Source: Bacteroidota bacterium
Lineage (GTDB): Bacteria > Bacteroidota > Bacteroidia > Bacteroidales > GWA2-32-17
Length of the DNA: 64,000 bases
NCBI GenBank assembly: GCA_037441645.1
Contig: JBBIRU010000030.1
Coordinates: forward strand, 102 to 64,101
Direction: 5' to 3'
Of the stretch, positions 45,241-55,459 are shown in pieces (position 1 is the first letter of the stretch; every line of letters starts with the position of its first letter). The notes beneath the pieces are model-generated. The model saw only the letters and a list, made by a program, of their open reading frames with translations, was not told the origin of the DNA and made no database searches. A program made the position numbers and the translations under genes.

Positions 45241-45981
45241 ATGGAAGAACAAAGAATGAAACTTCATACAGAGGGGCTGGTAAAACGATATCGTTCAAGA
45301 GTAGTTGTAAAAGAAGTTTCGATTGAAGTAAACCAGGGTGAAATTGTAGGTTTGCTTGGACCAAACGGGGCCGGTAAAACCACATCGTTTTATATGATCG
45401 TTGGGCTGATCAAACCCAATGGAGGAAGAATCTTCTTAAACAATGTTGAGATTACTAAAGAACCTGTATACAAGCGCGCACAGATGGGTATCGGCTATCT
45501 GGCACAGGAAGCTTCCGTATTTCGCCAGATGACCGTTGAAGACAACATTCGCTCCATTCTCGAACTTTCGAAATTTTCTAAAAGCGAACAAAAAGAGAAA
45601 CTGGAATCATTACTTGAAGAATTTGGCCTTAACCGGATTCGTAAAAGTCTGGGGATTCAGCTTTCAGGAGGCGAACGCCGCAGAACAGAAATTGCCCGTG
45701 CACTTGCTCTTAATCCTAAATTTATATTGTTAGATGAACCTTTTGCCGGGGTCGATCCCATTGCCGTTGAAGACATACAGGAAATTGTTTCGAAACTGAA
45801 AGATAAAAATATCGGGATTTTAATTACCGATCACAATGTTCACGAAACATTAACCATAACCAATCGTGCGTATTTGTTAATTGAAGGTAAAATATTCAAG
45901 GCAGGCACAGCACAGGAACTCAGCGATGATGAACAAGTCAGAAAACTTTATTTAGGCAAAAATTTTGAGTTAAGAAAATGA
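45241..45981 (+). CDS. lptB: LPS export ABC transporter ATP-binding protein LptB
   Basis: The motifs [16 protein letters not shown] and [15 protein letters not shown], the length (246 aa) and the position next to kpsF support the call. Confidence 0.88.
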   Translation: MEEQRMKLHTEGLVKRYRSRVVVKEVSIEVNQGEIVGLLGPNGAGKTTSFYMIVGLIKPNGGRIFLNNVEITKEPVYKRAQMGIGYLAQEASVFRQMTVEDNIRSILELSKFSKSEQKEKLESLLEEFGLNRIRKSLGIQLSGGERRRTEIARALALNPKFILLDEPFAGVDPIAVEDIQEIVSKLKDKNIGILITDHNVHETLTITNRAYLLIEGKIFKAGTAQELSDDEQVRKLYLGKNFELRK

Positions 45982-46033
45982 TAGATTTGTACGTTACTGT
46001 TAACACCGTTCACTGATGATAACAATACGTTTG

Positions 46034-46918
46034 TTATAAATACCCTTTACGGTAAATTTTATCAACATAATCTTTTATAATATAAATCAGGCTTGTTCCC
46101 CAATAATTTGTCAATCCATTACCATCCGCTTTTTTAACCGAAACCCGTTTTGAAGATATTATAGCATTCGTTTCCGTATCAAAGAAAGTGCAATAGGCAG
46201 ATGCTTCGCTGGTAGCTTTGTCGAAATACTGAATATTTATAACAAAGCCAATTTTATAATTAGCACCTCCCTTTGCATATTGACTGACCGATTTAGATAT
46301 CAAAGCAGGCATGGAATCAATATTGCAGCCATACTTATTGGCAACAACAGTTTTAGATGTCGATGCCATTGAATTAATATTAGTTACCGGATCAGGATTA
46401 TAAGCTACATCTGTTTTGGCAAACCATTTTTTAAGTTTCTCAACACCTACCTGATCTTCAAAGAACTTATTCCAGGCGGGATAGTATTTATTTTTAATAT
46501 CATCTGCCTGCTTCAGTCGTTTTTCTTCAATCAGCGAAAAATTAGAAAAATCCAAACCATAAAAAACAAATTCACTGGCAGTAATAATATCTTTAGAAGC
46601 TAATGAAGTAACTGAATTTTCGTTCTTTTCCACACCTGTATTTTGAGAAGAACTTTGAAATATTTCTTCTGTTCCGCCTGCATATATAATCTTCTTTACT
46701 TCATTCTTCGGCACAAAATACGTGAGACTATCCCGGCTCTCAAATTTTTTATATTCAATATCACTTTTCCCTGCTTCTGTTATTATTGCCTTAACAACTT
46801 GACCATTTAATAAATAAATCTTATCCTGGCCTGAAGCAAAAATAGAAGTAAAGATGAAAATCATTAAAATTAAAGTTTTTATGCAGTTTTTCATGATGAG
46901 AATTGTTAATTTAATCAT
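46034..46918 (-). CDS. hypothetical secreted protein
   Basis: It has a signal peptide. The more likely start is 46894 (MKNCIKTLILMIFIFTSIFASGQ). I recognised no motif. Confidence 0.6.
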   Translation of the reverse strand: MIKLTILIMKNCIKTLILMIFIFTSIFASGQDKIYLLNGQVVKAIITEAGKSDIEYKKFESRDSLTYFVPKNEVKKIIYAGGTEEIFQSSSQNTGVEKNENSVTSLASKDIITASEFVFYGLDFSNFSLIEEKRLKQADDIKNKYYPAWNKFFEDQVGVEKLKKWFAKTDVAYNPDPVTNINSMASTSKTVVANKYGCNIDSMPALISKSVSQYAKGGANYKIGFVINIQYFDKATSEASAYCTFFDTETNAIISSKRVSVKKADGNGLTNYWGTSLIYIIKDYVDKIYRKGYL

Positions 46919-47093
46919 TCGAATTTGCTTAAATTAGGCATATCTCTTACAAAGATATCCAATATAAGGCTTAATCCAAGATTTTATTAAAATAATTGCT
47001 GCTTTATTTGAAATGAAAATTTACTCATTTTGTTTTATCCCCTTTTTCCCATAAAAAAAATGTACTACCTTTTCAGCCTGTTTTTCTGAAAAG

Positions 47094-50000
47094 GTGAAAT
47101 TATTCTTTGTCATATTATTCGTTTTTACAATTCTTGAAGGCACTGGTCAGGATACTATTCCCATGGGTAAATGGCAGGTTAATAAAGCCGGAAATCCTGA
47201 AATAAAACCAGCAGGCGTTCAATATTTTTTCAGAAAATACGACATGGAACAGGGCCTCGACGATCCGTATATTCTGCGAATAAGGCAAAACAAAAACGGT
47301 GAAATACTTTTCGGGACTTCGGGTAACGGCGCCGGTATTTTTGACGGTGAAAAATTCACTTTTTTTAATGTTTCAAACGGCCTTAAAAGTAATATTGTAC
47401 AAGATGTTTGCGAAGACAGCCAGGGAAACCTCTGGTTTGCCACATCAGGTGGAGGCGTTAGTAAATACGATGGAAAAGTATTTACCAACTACACCATGAA
47501 AAACGGGCTGCCCGATAATTCCGTTTGGGCAGTTTATCATGACAGTAAAGGAAACCTGTGGTTTGGCGGGGAAAGTGGCGGAATTTGCCGCTTCGATGGC
47601 AAAACTTTTAAAACATGGACAAATAAAGATGGTATTTATATTCAGTATATCCGCGAAATTTTTGAAGACAGTAAAGGAAATCTGTGGTTTGGCAGCGATC
47701 ATATGGGATTTACCGTTTACGACGGCAAAAGATTTAAAAATTACAATACCGAAAATAGTTTGCCAAACAATCATGTATTAGGAATTTGCGAAGATAAAGC
47801 CGGTAAAATATGGCTGGCTACATATGGAGGCGGATTATGTCTTTTCGAAAACGGAAAATTTAAACAATATGGAAAAAAAGACGGGCTTGGAAGTCTTAAT
47901 TTATGTGATGTTATATGTGATAAAGCCGGGGATTTATGGATTGCCACCTCGGGTAGCGGTATGTACCGTTTCGACGGAAAAAGATTCACTCCTTATGGAG
48001 TTTCTGAAGGATTATCAAACAATGTTGTATTAAGCCTTCTTGAAGACCGTTACGGAAACATATGGGCCGGGACTTATGGAGGCGGAATTGCAGAATATAC
48101 GGCAAAACAATTCACATATTACAGTGAAACTGAAGGATTGCCGGGAAATATAGTCAGGGCCATTCTGCAAAATCCTGACTCCGGTTTTGTTTTTACAACA
48201 TCGGGCGCAGGGTTCAGCCTGTATAACGGGAAAGAATTTAAAAACTACTTGAACGGTCAGCAGATTCCTTCTCTTTTTGTTCTTTGTGCCGTAAAAGGCA
48301 ATGATGGGAAACTATGGCTTGGAACATCGGGAGCCGGAATTTGCCGTTTTGATGGAACAAATTTTAATACACTAACAACCCAACAGGGATTAAGGTCGGA
48401 TTATATTCTTTCCTTGATCTGCGGATCAGGTGGTGAAATATATGTAGGCGCCTATGGTGGTGGCTTATCTGTTTTGAAAGAGAATAAAATCATTCATTAC
48501 GGACCTAAAGACAGTTTACCTTCTGTTTATATAAATTCTCTGGCACAGGATGTAAATAAAAAAATATGGATTGGAACAGAAGCCGGGCTGTTTCTTCTTG
48601 ATGAAGGCAAGATTATTAAACTATTTCCAGAAGTTTTCAATAATAATTTCCCGGTAACAACTGTTCATTGTGATAAAAGCGGGAATATTTGGGTTGGAAC
48701 CGACGGAGGCGGATTATATTTAATAAATAACAATTCACTTGAATCTTTCAGTGAAAAAAACGGCTTATGTAATAACCATGTTAAATCGATCATTACCGAT
48801 TCGCGAAATGGAGTTTGGATAGGAACTTCAAATGGAATAGCATACCTGAATCCGAGGAAAACGGGAAAAAACAAAAAATATTCAATAACAAATTACGGAA
48901 GACCTGAAGGATATACCGGAAGCGCCTGTATGAATAATTCTGTTTTTATTGATAATAAGAATAAAGTATGGATTGGCACGGGACGAAAATTACTTTGTAT
49001 TGATCCTTCCAGAGAAAAAATAAATTTTTTACCACCAGTTGTTAAAATTGAAAAGCTGAATTTGTTTTTTGAAAATATTGACTGGCAGAAATATTCCGAT
49101 TCGGGTATTGTAAAACTTGACCATTTAGAAGCCTGGACGGGCATTCCTCAAGACCTCGTTTTACCATATAATCAAAATCATCTGACATTTACTTTTAAAG
49201 GAATAAACCTTAACTGTCCTGAAAAAACAACTTATAAATTCATGCTTGAAGGGTTAGACCAGCACTGGAATCCGCTAACGTCAGAAAACAGGGCAATATA
49301 CAGCAATATTGCTCCCGGAAAATATATATTTAAAGTTATTGCTGTAAATGAAAACGGGATACCATCTGAAAATCAGGCTGAACTTCGTTTTGAAATCACG
49401 CCTCCATGGTGGAAACAAACATGGTTCAGAATACTTGCGTTGATTACCTTAATTGTTTCCATAATCTTAATCATAAAGCTACGGGAGAAAAAACTTATAC
49501 GTGATAAACGAAAACTTGAAGCTACTGTTAAGGAAAGAACTGCTGAAGTAATAAAACAAAGAGATGAAATCTTATCAAAGAATGAAATACTCAACCAGCA
49601 GAAAGAAGAAATTTCGGCCCAGCGCGACGAAATTGAAACACAGATGGAGGAAATTGCAACACAACGCGACCTGGTAGTAGCTCAAAAACAACAAATTGAA
49701 ATAATTCATTCTGAACTTACCGACAGTATTCATTATGCCAGAAGAATCCAGAACGCCATTCTTCCCAAAATGGAAATCATTCAAAAATCCGGGATTGAGC
49801 ACTTTGTTTTATTCTGTCCCCGGAATATAGTGTCGGGTGATTTCTACTGGACTGCCCATGTTGACCAGAAACTTGTATTCTGTGTTGCCGACTGTACAGG
49901 ACATGGAGTACCCGGTGCATTCATGAGTATGCTCGGAATTTCATTCCTGAACGAAATAGTGAAGAAAGAAAAGATTGTTGATGCTTCCCGGATTTTGAAT

Positions 50001-50534
50001 AACCTGCGCGAACACATTATTGCATCATTACAACAACATGGTGTTACCGGGGAAGCTAAAGACGGAATGGACATTTCCTTATGTATTTTGAATACCGAAA
50101 ACTTAAAATTACAGTTTGCTGGAGCCAATAATCCTATTTATATAGTCAGAAAGTTTATAAAGTCAGAAAATGGGAAAGCAGAAAGCGAAAAGTTGAATGA
50201 AACTAACTTTGATGCTTTACAAACTTCTGAACTTTATGAACTCAAAGGCGACAAAATGCCTATTGCCATATACGAACGCATGGATTCCTTCACAAACAAA
50301 GAAATACAACTAAACAAAGAGGATACTGTGTATTTATTCAGCGATGGATTTGCCGATCAGTTCGGAGGTGAGAGCGGAAAAAAATTTAAGTATAGTTCAC
50401 TGAAAAAATTATTTCTTTCAGTAAGTTCACTGCCACTGGAAGAACAAAAGAAAAACATTCACAGTACTCTCCTGAAATGGATGGAACATGAGGAACAGGT
50501 GGATGACATTACTGTTTTAGGAGTTAAAATCTGA
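47094..50534 (+). CDS. sensor protein: two-component-regulator beta-propeller + Y_Y_Y domain, TM helix, coiled coil, SpoIIE/PP2C phosphatase
   Basis: It has a GTG start and a signal peptide. Repeats of the type G(N/K)LWF(A/G)T..GG...(Y/F)DG recur. The Y_Y_Y-like segment is YKFMLEGLDQHWNPL...GKYIFKVIAVNENG. The TM helix is WFRILALITLIVSIILII. The PP2C motifs are SGDFYW, ADCTGHGVPGAFMSM, DGMD, FSDGFADQ and DDITVLG. Confidence 0.85.
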   Translation: MKLFFVILFVFTILEGTGQDTIPMGKWQVNKAGNPEIKPAGVQYFFRKYDMEQGLDDPYILRIRQNKNGEILFGTSGNGAGIFDGEKFTFFNVSNGLKSNIVQDVCEDSQGNLWFATSGGGVSKYDGKVFTNYTMKNGLPDNSVWAVYHDSKGNLWFGGESGGICRFDGKTFKTWTNKDGIYIQYIREIFEDSKGNLWFGSDHMGFTVYDGKRFKNYNTENSLPNNHVLGICEDKAGKIWLATYGGGLCLFENGKFKQYGKKDGLGSLNLCDVICDKAGDLWIATSGSGMYRFDGKRFTPYGVSEGLSNNVVLSLLEDRYGNIWAGTYGGGIAEYTAKQFTYYSETEGLPGNIVRAILQNPDSGFVFTTSGAGFSLYNGKEFKNYLNGQQIPSLFVLCAVKGNDGKLWLGTSGAGICRFDGTNFNTLTTQQGLRSDYILSLICGSGGEIYVGAYGGGLSVLKENKIIHYGPKDSLPSVYINSLAQDVNKKIWIGTEAGLFLLDEGKIIKLFPEVFNNNFPVTTVHCDKSGNIWVGTDGGGLYLINNNSLESFSEKNGLCNNHVKSIITDSRNGVWIGTSNGIAYLNPRKTGKNKKYSITNYGRPEGYTGSACMNNSVFIDNKNKVWIGTGRKLLCIDPSREKINFLPPVVKIEKLNLFFENIDWQKYSDSGIVKLDHLEAWTGIPQDLVLPYNQNHLTFTFKGINLNCPEKTTYKFMLEGLDQHWNPLTSENRAIYSNIAPGKYIFKVIAVNENGIPSENQAELRFEITPPWWKQTWFRILALITLIVSIILIIKLREKKLIRDKRKLEATVKERTAEVIKQRDEILSKNEILNQQKEEISAQRDEIETQMEEIATQRDLVVAQKQQIEIIHSELTDSIHYARRIQNAILPKMEIIQKSGIEHFVLFCPRNIVSGDFYWTAHVDQKLVFCVADCTGHGVPGAFMSMLGISFLNEIVKKEKIVDASRILNNLREHIIASLQQHGVTGEAKDGMDISLCILNTENLKLQFAGANNPIYIVRKFIKSENGKAESEKLNETNFDALQTSELYELKGDKMPIAIYERMDSFTNKEIQLNKEDTVYLFSDGFADQFGGESGKKFKYSSLKKLFLSVSSLPLEEQKKNIHSTLLKWMEHEEQVDDITVLGVKI

Positions 50535-50542
50535 GAATTAAA

Positions 50543-52903
50543 ATGAGAAAAACAATTATTTATTTTTTTAAAAGAATCTTTCTGACATTTTGCACAATAT
50601 TTTTTAGTATACATACTTTTGCCGACCAGGTTTCCGACAGCCTTTACCAAAGCATTAAAACATGTAAGAACGATACAGATAAAGTTTACTTAATGTGTAA
50701 GTTATCATACGCATTAACAAATATTAATAACGACACAGCTATTTCCTGGATTAATAAAGCTTATGATCTTGCCAATAAAATCAATAACCCACTTGCAATT
50801 TCAAAAGCTTTAAGTATTAAGGGAATAATATATGAATACCAGGGAAAATACGATGATGCACTTAAACTTCACTTACAATGTCTGAAAATTTTAATTCCAT
50901 TAAAAGACACTGTAAATATTGCTTCTTCGCTTAACAGTATTGCTATTGTTTATGATTATAAAGGCGATTATCCCAAATCTCTCGAATACCATTTTAAAAG
51001 TCTAAACCTTTCCAAACAAATTAAAAATAAAAAAAGAATTTCTGCCTCTTATTTAAATATCGGGCTGATATACTATTACCTGGGAGTTTTTGACAAAGCG
51101 CTTAAGTATACATTTAACGGTCTTAAACTAGCTGAAGAATCAAGTGACCAACAATCGGTAAGTGATTTTTTAAACAACCTGGGATTAATTTATGAAAAAC
51201 GATCTGATTACCCTAAAGCACTGGAGTACTTTAACAGAAGCCTGGCTATATTCGAAAAGGCAAAGGATAAAAGCAGCATAGCTGATTCTTATAACAATCT
51301 TGGTTTAATTTATTTCAGGATGGAGCAATACGATTCATCGCTTGTTTATTTCAATAAAAGTATTTTAATCAAAAATGAGATTGGCAATCCCATCGGTGTA
51401 GCCCAGGCAACCGGTAATATGGGATTAGTATACAAAGCAAGAGGTGAATATAAAAAAGCGCTGGATGCTTTTAACAATTCCATAGAAATTCAACAGAAAC
51501 TGGGTGAACAGAACGGAGTTCTGAATAACTATATAAATCTCGGTCAATTGTTCTTTAAAACAAAAGAATATAAAAAATCACTGGAATATTTCGAAAAGGC
51601 ACTGGAATTAGCAAAACAAATTGGTTCGAACGAGCTTCTGATTGACACTTACCAGGGATTAAGTAATTTATACAAAGAAACCTCGGATTTTGAAAAAGCC
51701 TATAAATACCAGCTTTTGTTTCAGCAATTGAATGACAGTCTCTACAACTCTGATAACAACAGAAAAATAATTCAGCTGGAGTTCGATTATAATTTTGAAA
51801 AACAACAACAACAGATAGAGTCTATCAGGAAACAAAAAGAAATTGCCTTAGCTGCCGAATTTCAAAGACAAAAAACTTTCAGAAATTCCCTGATCACAGG
51901 AATTGGAATGCTTTTATTGCTTACTCTTGCCATATTCAAAAGTTACCGGCAAAAGAAAAAAGCCAATAAAACACTATCCCTGCAAAAATATCAGATTGAG
52001 GAACAAAACGAAGAACTGAAACAACAAAAGGAAGAAATCGCTACCCAACGTGATTTGGTTATCACTCAAAAAGAAAAGATTGAACTCATTCATCATGAAC
52101 TCACAGACAGTATTCATTACGCAAAAAGAATACAATCTGCCGTGCTTCCTACCTTCAATATTTTTGAAAAATCGGGATTAGAATATTTTGTTATATTCAA
52201 ACCAAGAAATATTGTTTCAGGTGATTTTTATTGGGCTACCGAAGTAAACAATGTGCTTATATTTTGTGTCGCTGATTGCACCGGTCATGGTGTTCCTGGT
52301 GCTTTCATGAGCATGCTTGGAATATCGCTTCTTAACGAACTGGTAAAAAAAGAACGCATAACCAATGCAGCACAAATCTTACATCACTTACGCCAGAATA
52401 TAATAAACTCACTGCAACAGCATGGGGTTTCAGGTGAACAAAAAGACGGTATGGATATAGCTCTTTGTGTTTTAAATACGGAAACTCTAAATATGCAATT
52501 TGCAGGGGCCAATAACCCGGTATATATAGTCAGAAAATCAAAAGTAGAAAATTATAAAGCAGCTGAGAACAAGGAACTTTCAGACTTTATAAACTTTCAG
52601 CTTGATGAACTTAAAGGTGATAAAATGCCTATCGCCATATACGAACGCATGGATTCCTTTACAAACAAAGAAATACAACTAAACAAAGGGGATATTGTAT
52701 ATTTATTCAGCGACGGTTATGCCGACCAGTTTGGCGGATCAAAAGGGAGAAAGTTTATGTACAAACGATTCAAGGAAAATTTGTTAATGAATTCTCAAAA
52801 AACAATGAAAGAACAAAAAGAAATTCTGGACAAAACAATAAAAGAGTGGATTGGCAACGGCGAGCAGGTTGACGATATAACAATTGTCGGAATAAAAATT
52901 TAA
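50543..52903 (+). CDS. sensor protein: TPR repeats, TM helix, coiled coil, SpoIIE/PP2C phosphatase
   Basis: It has a signal peptide and ~9 TPR-like repeats (YNNLGLIY type). The TM helix is LITGIGMLLLLTLAIF. The C-terminal ~330 aa are paralogous to the upstream gene. Confidence 0.85.
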   Translation: MRKTIIYFFKRIFLTFCTIFFSIHTFADQVSDSLYQSIKTCKNDTDKVYLMCKLSYALTNINNDTAISWINKAYDLANKINNPLAISKALSIKGIIYEYQGKYDDALKLHLQCLKILIPLKDTVNIASSLNSIAIVYDYKGDYPKSLEYHFKSLNLSKQIKNKKRISASYLNIGLIYYYLGVFDKALKYTFNGLKLAEESSDQQSVSDFLNNLGLIYEKRSDYPKALEYFNRSLAIFEKAKDKSSIADSYNNLGLIYFRMEQYDSSLVYFNKSILIKNEIGNPIGVAQATGNMGLVYKARGEYKKALDAFNNSIEIQQKLGEQNGVLNNYINLGQLFFKTKEYKKSLEYFEKALELAKQIGSNELLIDTYQGLSNLYKETSDFEKAYKYQLLFQQLNDSLYNSDNNRKIIQLEFDYNFEKQQQQIESIRKQKEIALAAEFQRQKTFRNSLITGIGMLLLLTLAIFKSYRQKKKANKTLSLQKYQIEEQNEELKQQKEEIATQRDLVITQKEKIELIHHELTDSIHYAKRIQSAVLPTFNIFEKSGLEYFVIFKPRNIVSGDFYWATEVNNVLIFCVADCTGHGVPGAFMSMLGISLLNELVKKERITNAAQILHHLRQNIINSLQQHGVSGEQKDGMDIALCVLNTETLNMQFAGANNPVYIVRKSKVENYKAAENKELSDFINFQLDELKGDKMPIAIYERMDSFTNKEIQLNKGDIVYLFSDGYADQFGGSKGRKFMYKRFKENLLMNSQKTMKEQKEILDKTIKEWIGNGEQVDDITIVGIKI

Positions 52904-53524
52904 TTACCTGAAAAACCACTTGTCCTTTACTTCCTCATACTTGTAATCAAGAATATAATTCATTGCCTCTTCGGGAGTATTTGCAAGAAAATATAAACTC
53001 CTGTATTCAGGTTTTGCAAAAGAGTGTTCGTAGAATCTTTCAAACATTTGAATCAGGGGTCTGTAAAAATCATTCACATTAAGAATTACCACAGGTTTTG
53101 TATGATATTTCAACTGTTTTAAAGTAATCACTTCCAGGATTTCTTCCATTGTGCCAAAACCACCGGGCAATGCGACAAAAGCTTCTGAACGTTTACGCAT
53201 CTCGGTTTTCCGGTCGGCCATATCCTTGGTAATAATAATTTCATCATCCGTTTCCGAAGCAATTCCTTCAAGGTTTAATCTTTCCGGAAGAACACCTGTT
53301 ACTTTGCCACCATGTGCCTGAACAGATTCGGAAATGGCTCCCATCAGGCCAATCATTCCTCCGCCATGAACCAGGTTAAAGCCGTTTTTTGCTATTAATT
53401 TCCCAAACTCACGGGCCGTTTCGAAATAAGATTTATCCAATTCCCCGCTGGATGAACAAAATACACAAATGGCTTTTTTCTGCTGCTGGGCTCCAAGGGA
53501 AAGATCAAAATCAAAACTTTTCAT
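52904..53524 (-). CDS. LOG-family (TIGR00730) nucleotide phosphoribohydrolase
   Basis: The motifs HGGGMIGLMG and PGGFGTMEE are present. The length is 206 aa. Confidence 0.85.
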   Translation of the reverse strand: MKSFDFDLSLGAQQQKKAICVFCSSSGELDKSYFETAREFGKLIAKNGFNLVHGGGMIGLMGAISESVQAHGGKVTGVLPERLNLEGIASETDDEIIITKDMADRKTEMRKRSEAFVALPGGFGTMEEILEVITLKQLKYHTKPVVILNVNDFYRPLIQMFERFYEHSFAKPEYRSLYFLANTPEEAMNYILDYKYEEVKDKWFFR

Positions 53525-53589
53525 TTTAAAGTCTCATTAAAGGTGTGTTCCAAATACTAAAATGTAAAATTAGTTAATTTTTTAATGAT

Positions 53590-54213
53590 TTATTTTTCTG
53601 TTTTACCCGAAAATACAAAGCACTTCATTAATGCTTTATTTACAGAATCCATATCTGTAATCCACATTTGGGCTCGGGTATAAATATGAATTAAACGGTT
53701 ATCGCTTTGCCACAATTTATAAGGTTCCTTTAAAGGTTCTCCCAGGGGATTTTTATTTTCAATGTAACAATTATAAACCTGATTAAACCAGAAGGAAGCA
53801 TCTTCGGAATTTTTACAAACATATTCTTCAATTACCAGATCAGGGCTATCTTTCTTTTTTACAGAAAAATGTTTACATTTACATGTAAAAAGATTCAGAA
53901 TGCGATCCAGATCACTTTTATTTACACTTTTCTTTGCAAGAATGATACTTAGCATTCTGTGTTTTTCCAAAGGTATATTCTCGATAATTGCATGTTCCCC
54001 GACCGTGTCAAATTTTCTGAACTTTATTACAGGATAAATACTATCAATCATCGCCCTGAAAACAGATTGTTCATCAGGAGTCGCTTCTTCTTCAACTGCC
54101 ATATCAACTTTACCTGAATCAGTTTGACTGATTGAATGTGCAGAATCTTTTACCTTCTCCGGTGAAGAACAGGCAAACAGAAATACAAAGAAAATACAAA
54201 ACCAGGTTTTCAT
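53590..54213 (-). CDS. hypothetical lipoprotein
   Basis: It has a lipobox-like signal (MKTWFCIFFVFLFACSS). Confidence 0.6.
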   Translation of the reverse strand: MKTWFCIFFVFLFACSSPEKVKDSAHSISQTDSGKVDMAVEEEATPDEQSVFRAMIDSIYPVIKFRKFDTVGEHAIIENIPLEKHRMLSIILAKKSVNKSDLDRILNLFTCKCKHFSVKKKDSPDLVIEEYVCKNSEDASFWFNQVYNCYIENKNPLGEPLKEPYKLWQSDNRLIHIYTRAQMWITDMDSVNKALMKCFVFSGKTEK

Positions 54214-54317
54214 CTGTTTATTTTTTATTTTTTTATTAATTTGGTCAGGTAGAATGCCTTGATAATATTCCGATAGCTATCGGAACCGGTTGGTGATAAA
54301 TTATTATCATGGGTATT

Positions 54318-54782
54318 TCATGAATCTTTCAGATTACGTTTTCTTTTAAAGAATTCGGTAATAATATCACTACATTCATCTGCCAGGACTCCACCTTTGA
54401 CTTCAGTTTTGGGATGATACAGATTTTTACCAATAAGAGAGGCTCCTTTTTTTGGATCATCTGCACCATAAACTATCTTTTTGAACCTTGCCCAGTAACA
54501 GGCTCCCGCACACATAACACAAGGCTCAAGTGTTACATATAAAACACAGTCTTCCAAAAACTTCCCTCCAATGGCATTTTCAGCAGAGGTTATTGCCTGC
54601 ATTTCTGCGTGAGCCGTAACATCAATCAGTGTTTCTGTTAAATTATGAGTTCTCGCAATAATCCTGTCGTTACAAACAATAATTGCACCCACGGGAATTT
54701 CGTCAATTGCTTCGGCTTTTTTTGCTTCCTTCAGCGCTTCGCGCATGAAATACTCATCGTTCTTAATAAGCATGGCATCCAT
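54318..54782 (-). CDS. tadA: tRNA-specific adenosine deaminase
   Basis: The deaminase motifs HAEMQAI and PCVMCAGA are present. The length is 154 aa. Confidence 0.9.
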   Translation of the reverse strand: MDAMLIKNDEYFMREALKEAKKAEAIDEIPVGAIIVCNDRIIARTHNLTETLIDVTAHAEMQAITSAENAIGGKFLEDCVLYVTLEPCVMCAGACYWARFKKIVYGADDPKKGASLIGKNLYHPKTEVKGGVLADECSDIITEFFKRKRNLKDS

Positions 54783-54814
54783 ATACTTCTGTCGTATTTT
54801 TTTACTTTATTGCA

Positions 54815-55459
54815 TCACAAACCAATCTTATGATTCTGAATAACGTGTATAATGTTATAATTTTTTATTTCTTCTGTTAAAACATCTATATTCGTTATTG
54901 GTTTATGCTTATATATTTCATACATATTCCTGCAACTCTTTTGTTTTCTTAGCCATTCAGCATTTGACTTTGCATACATATACTTTGTTAACAATGTATC
55001 ATAAAGTCCCGGTATGGTTTCATGATACCCATGAATATATTTTTCTAAATATGATTTTGCTTTTCCTGCGCCCGAAAATATATGCGCTCTTTTTTCGAAA
55101 TGCAGAAGAAACCACAATTCTACAGAGATAGAAGAATATGCAATTTTAAAATTATTTCTTTGAGCCTCTGAAAAAATTGTTTTAAAGTTTGTACGATTAT
55201 CATCATCAAACACAAGCCAGATTTCCTTATAAGGTTGTTGTTCTGAAATACCCTTTTTCTTTTTTGCAATAGCTTCTTTAAACATCATTTGGGGTTCGGT
55301 CTGATATGCTTTCTGTACAATTATTGAAATATCCCTTTGAATCTGCCTGTCAAGAGTTGATAGTAAGCCATTCAGATATAACTTTTCTGTTTCACCTTCA
55401 CAAAGAATAAGAATTCGCGGATTTATTTTCCGTAATTTATTTCTTTTTCTTACCATCAT
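54815..55459 (-). CDS. RloB-like (TOPRIM-related) protein, partner of the upstream ATPase
   Basis: The N-terminal RILILCEGETEKLYL is the RloB-family signature. The gene overlaps the ATPase gene by 23 nt. The pair is clearly more AT-rich than its neighbours. Confidence 0.7.
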   Translation of the reverse strand: MMVRKRNKLRKINPRILILCEGETEKLYLNGLLSTLDRQIQRDISIIVQKAYQTEPQMMFKEAIAKKKKGISEQQPYKEIWLVFDDDNRTNFKTIFSEAQRNNFKIAYSSISVELWFLLHFEKRAHIFSGAGKAKSYLEKYIHGYHETIPGLYDTLLTKYMYAKSNAEWLRKQKSCRNMYEIYKHKPITNIDVLTEEIKNYNIIHVIQNHKIGL

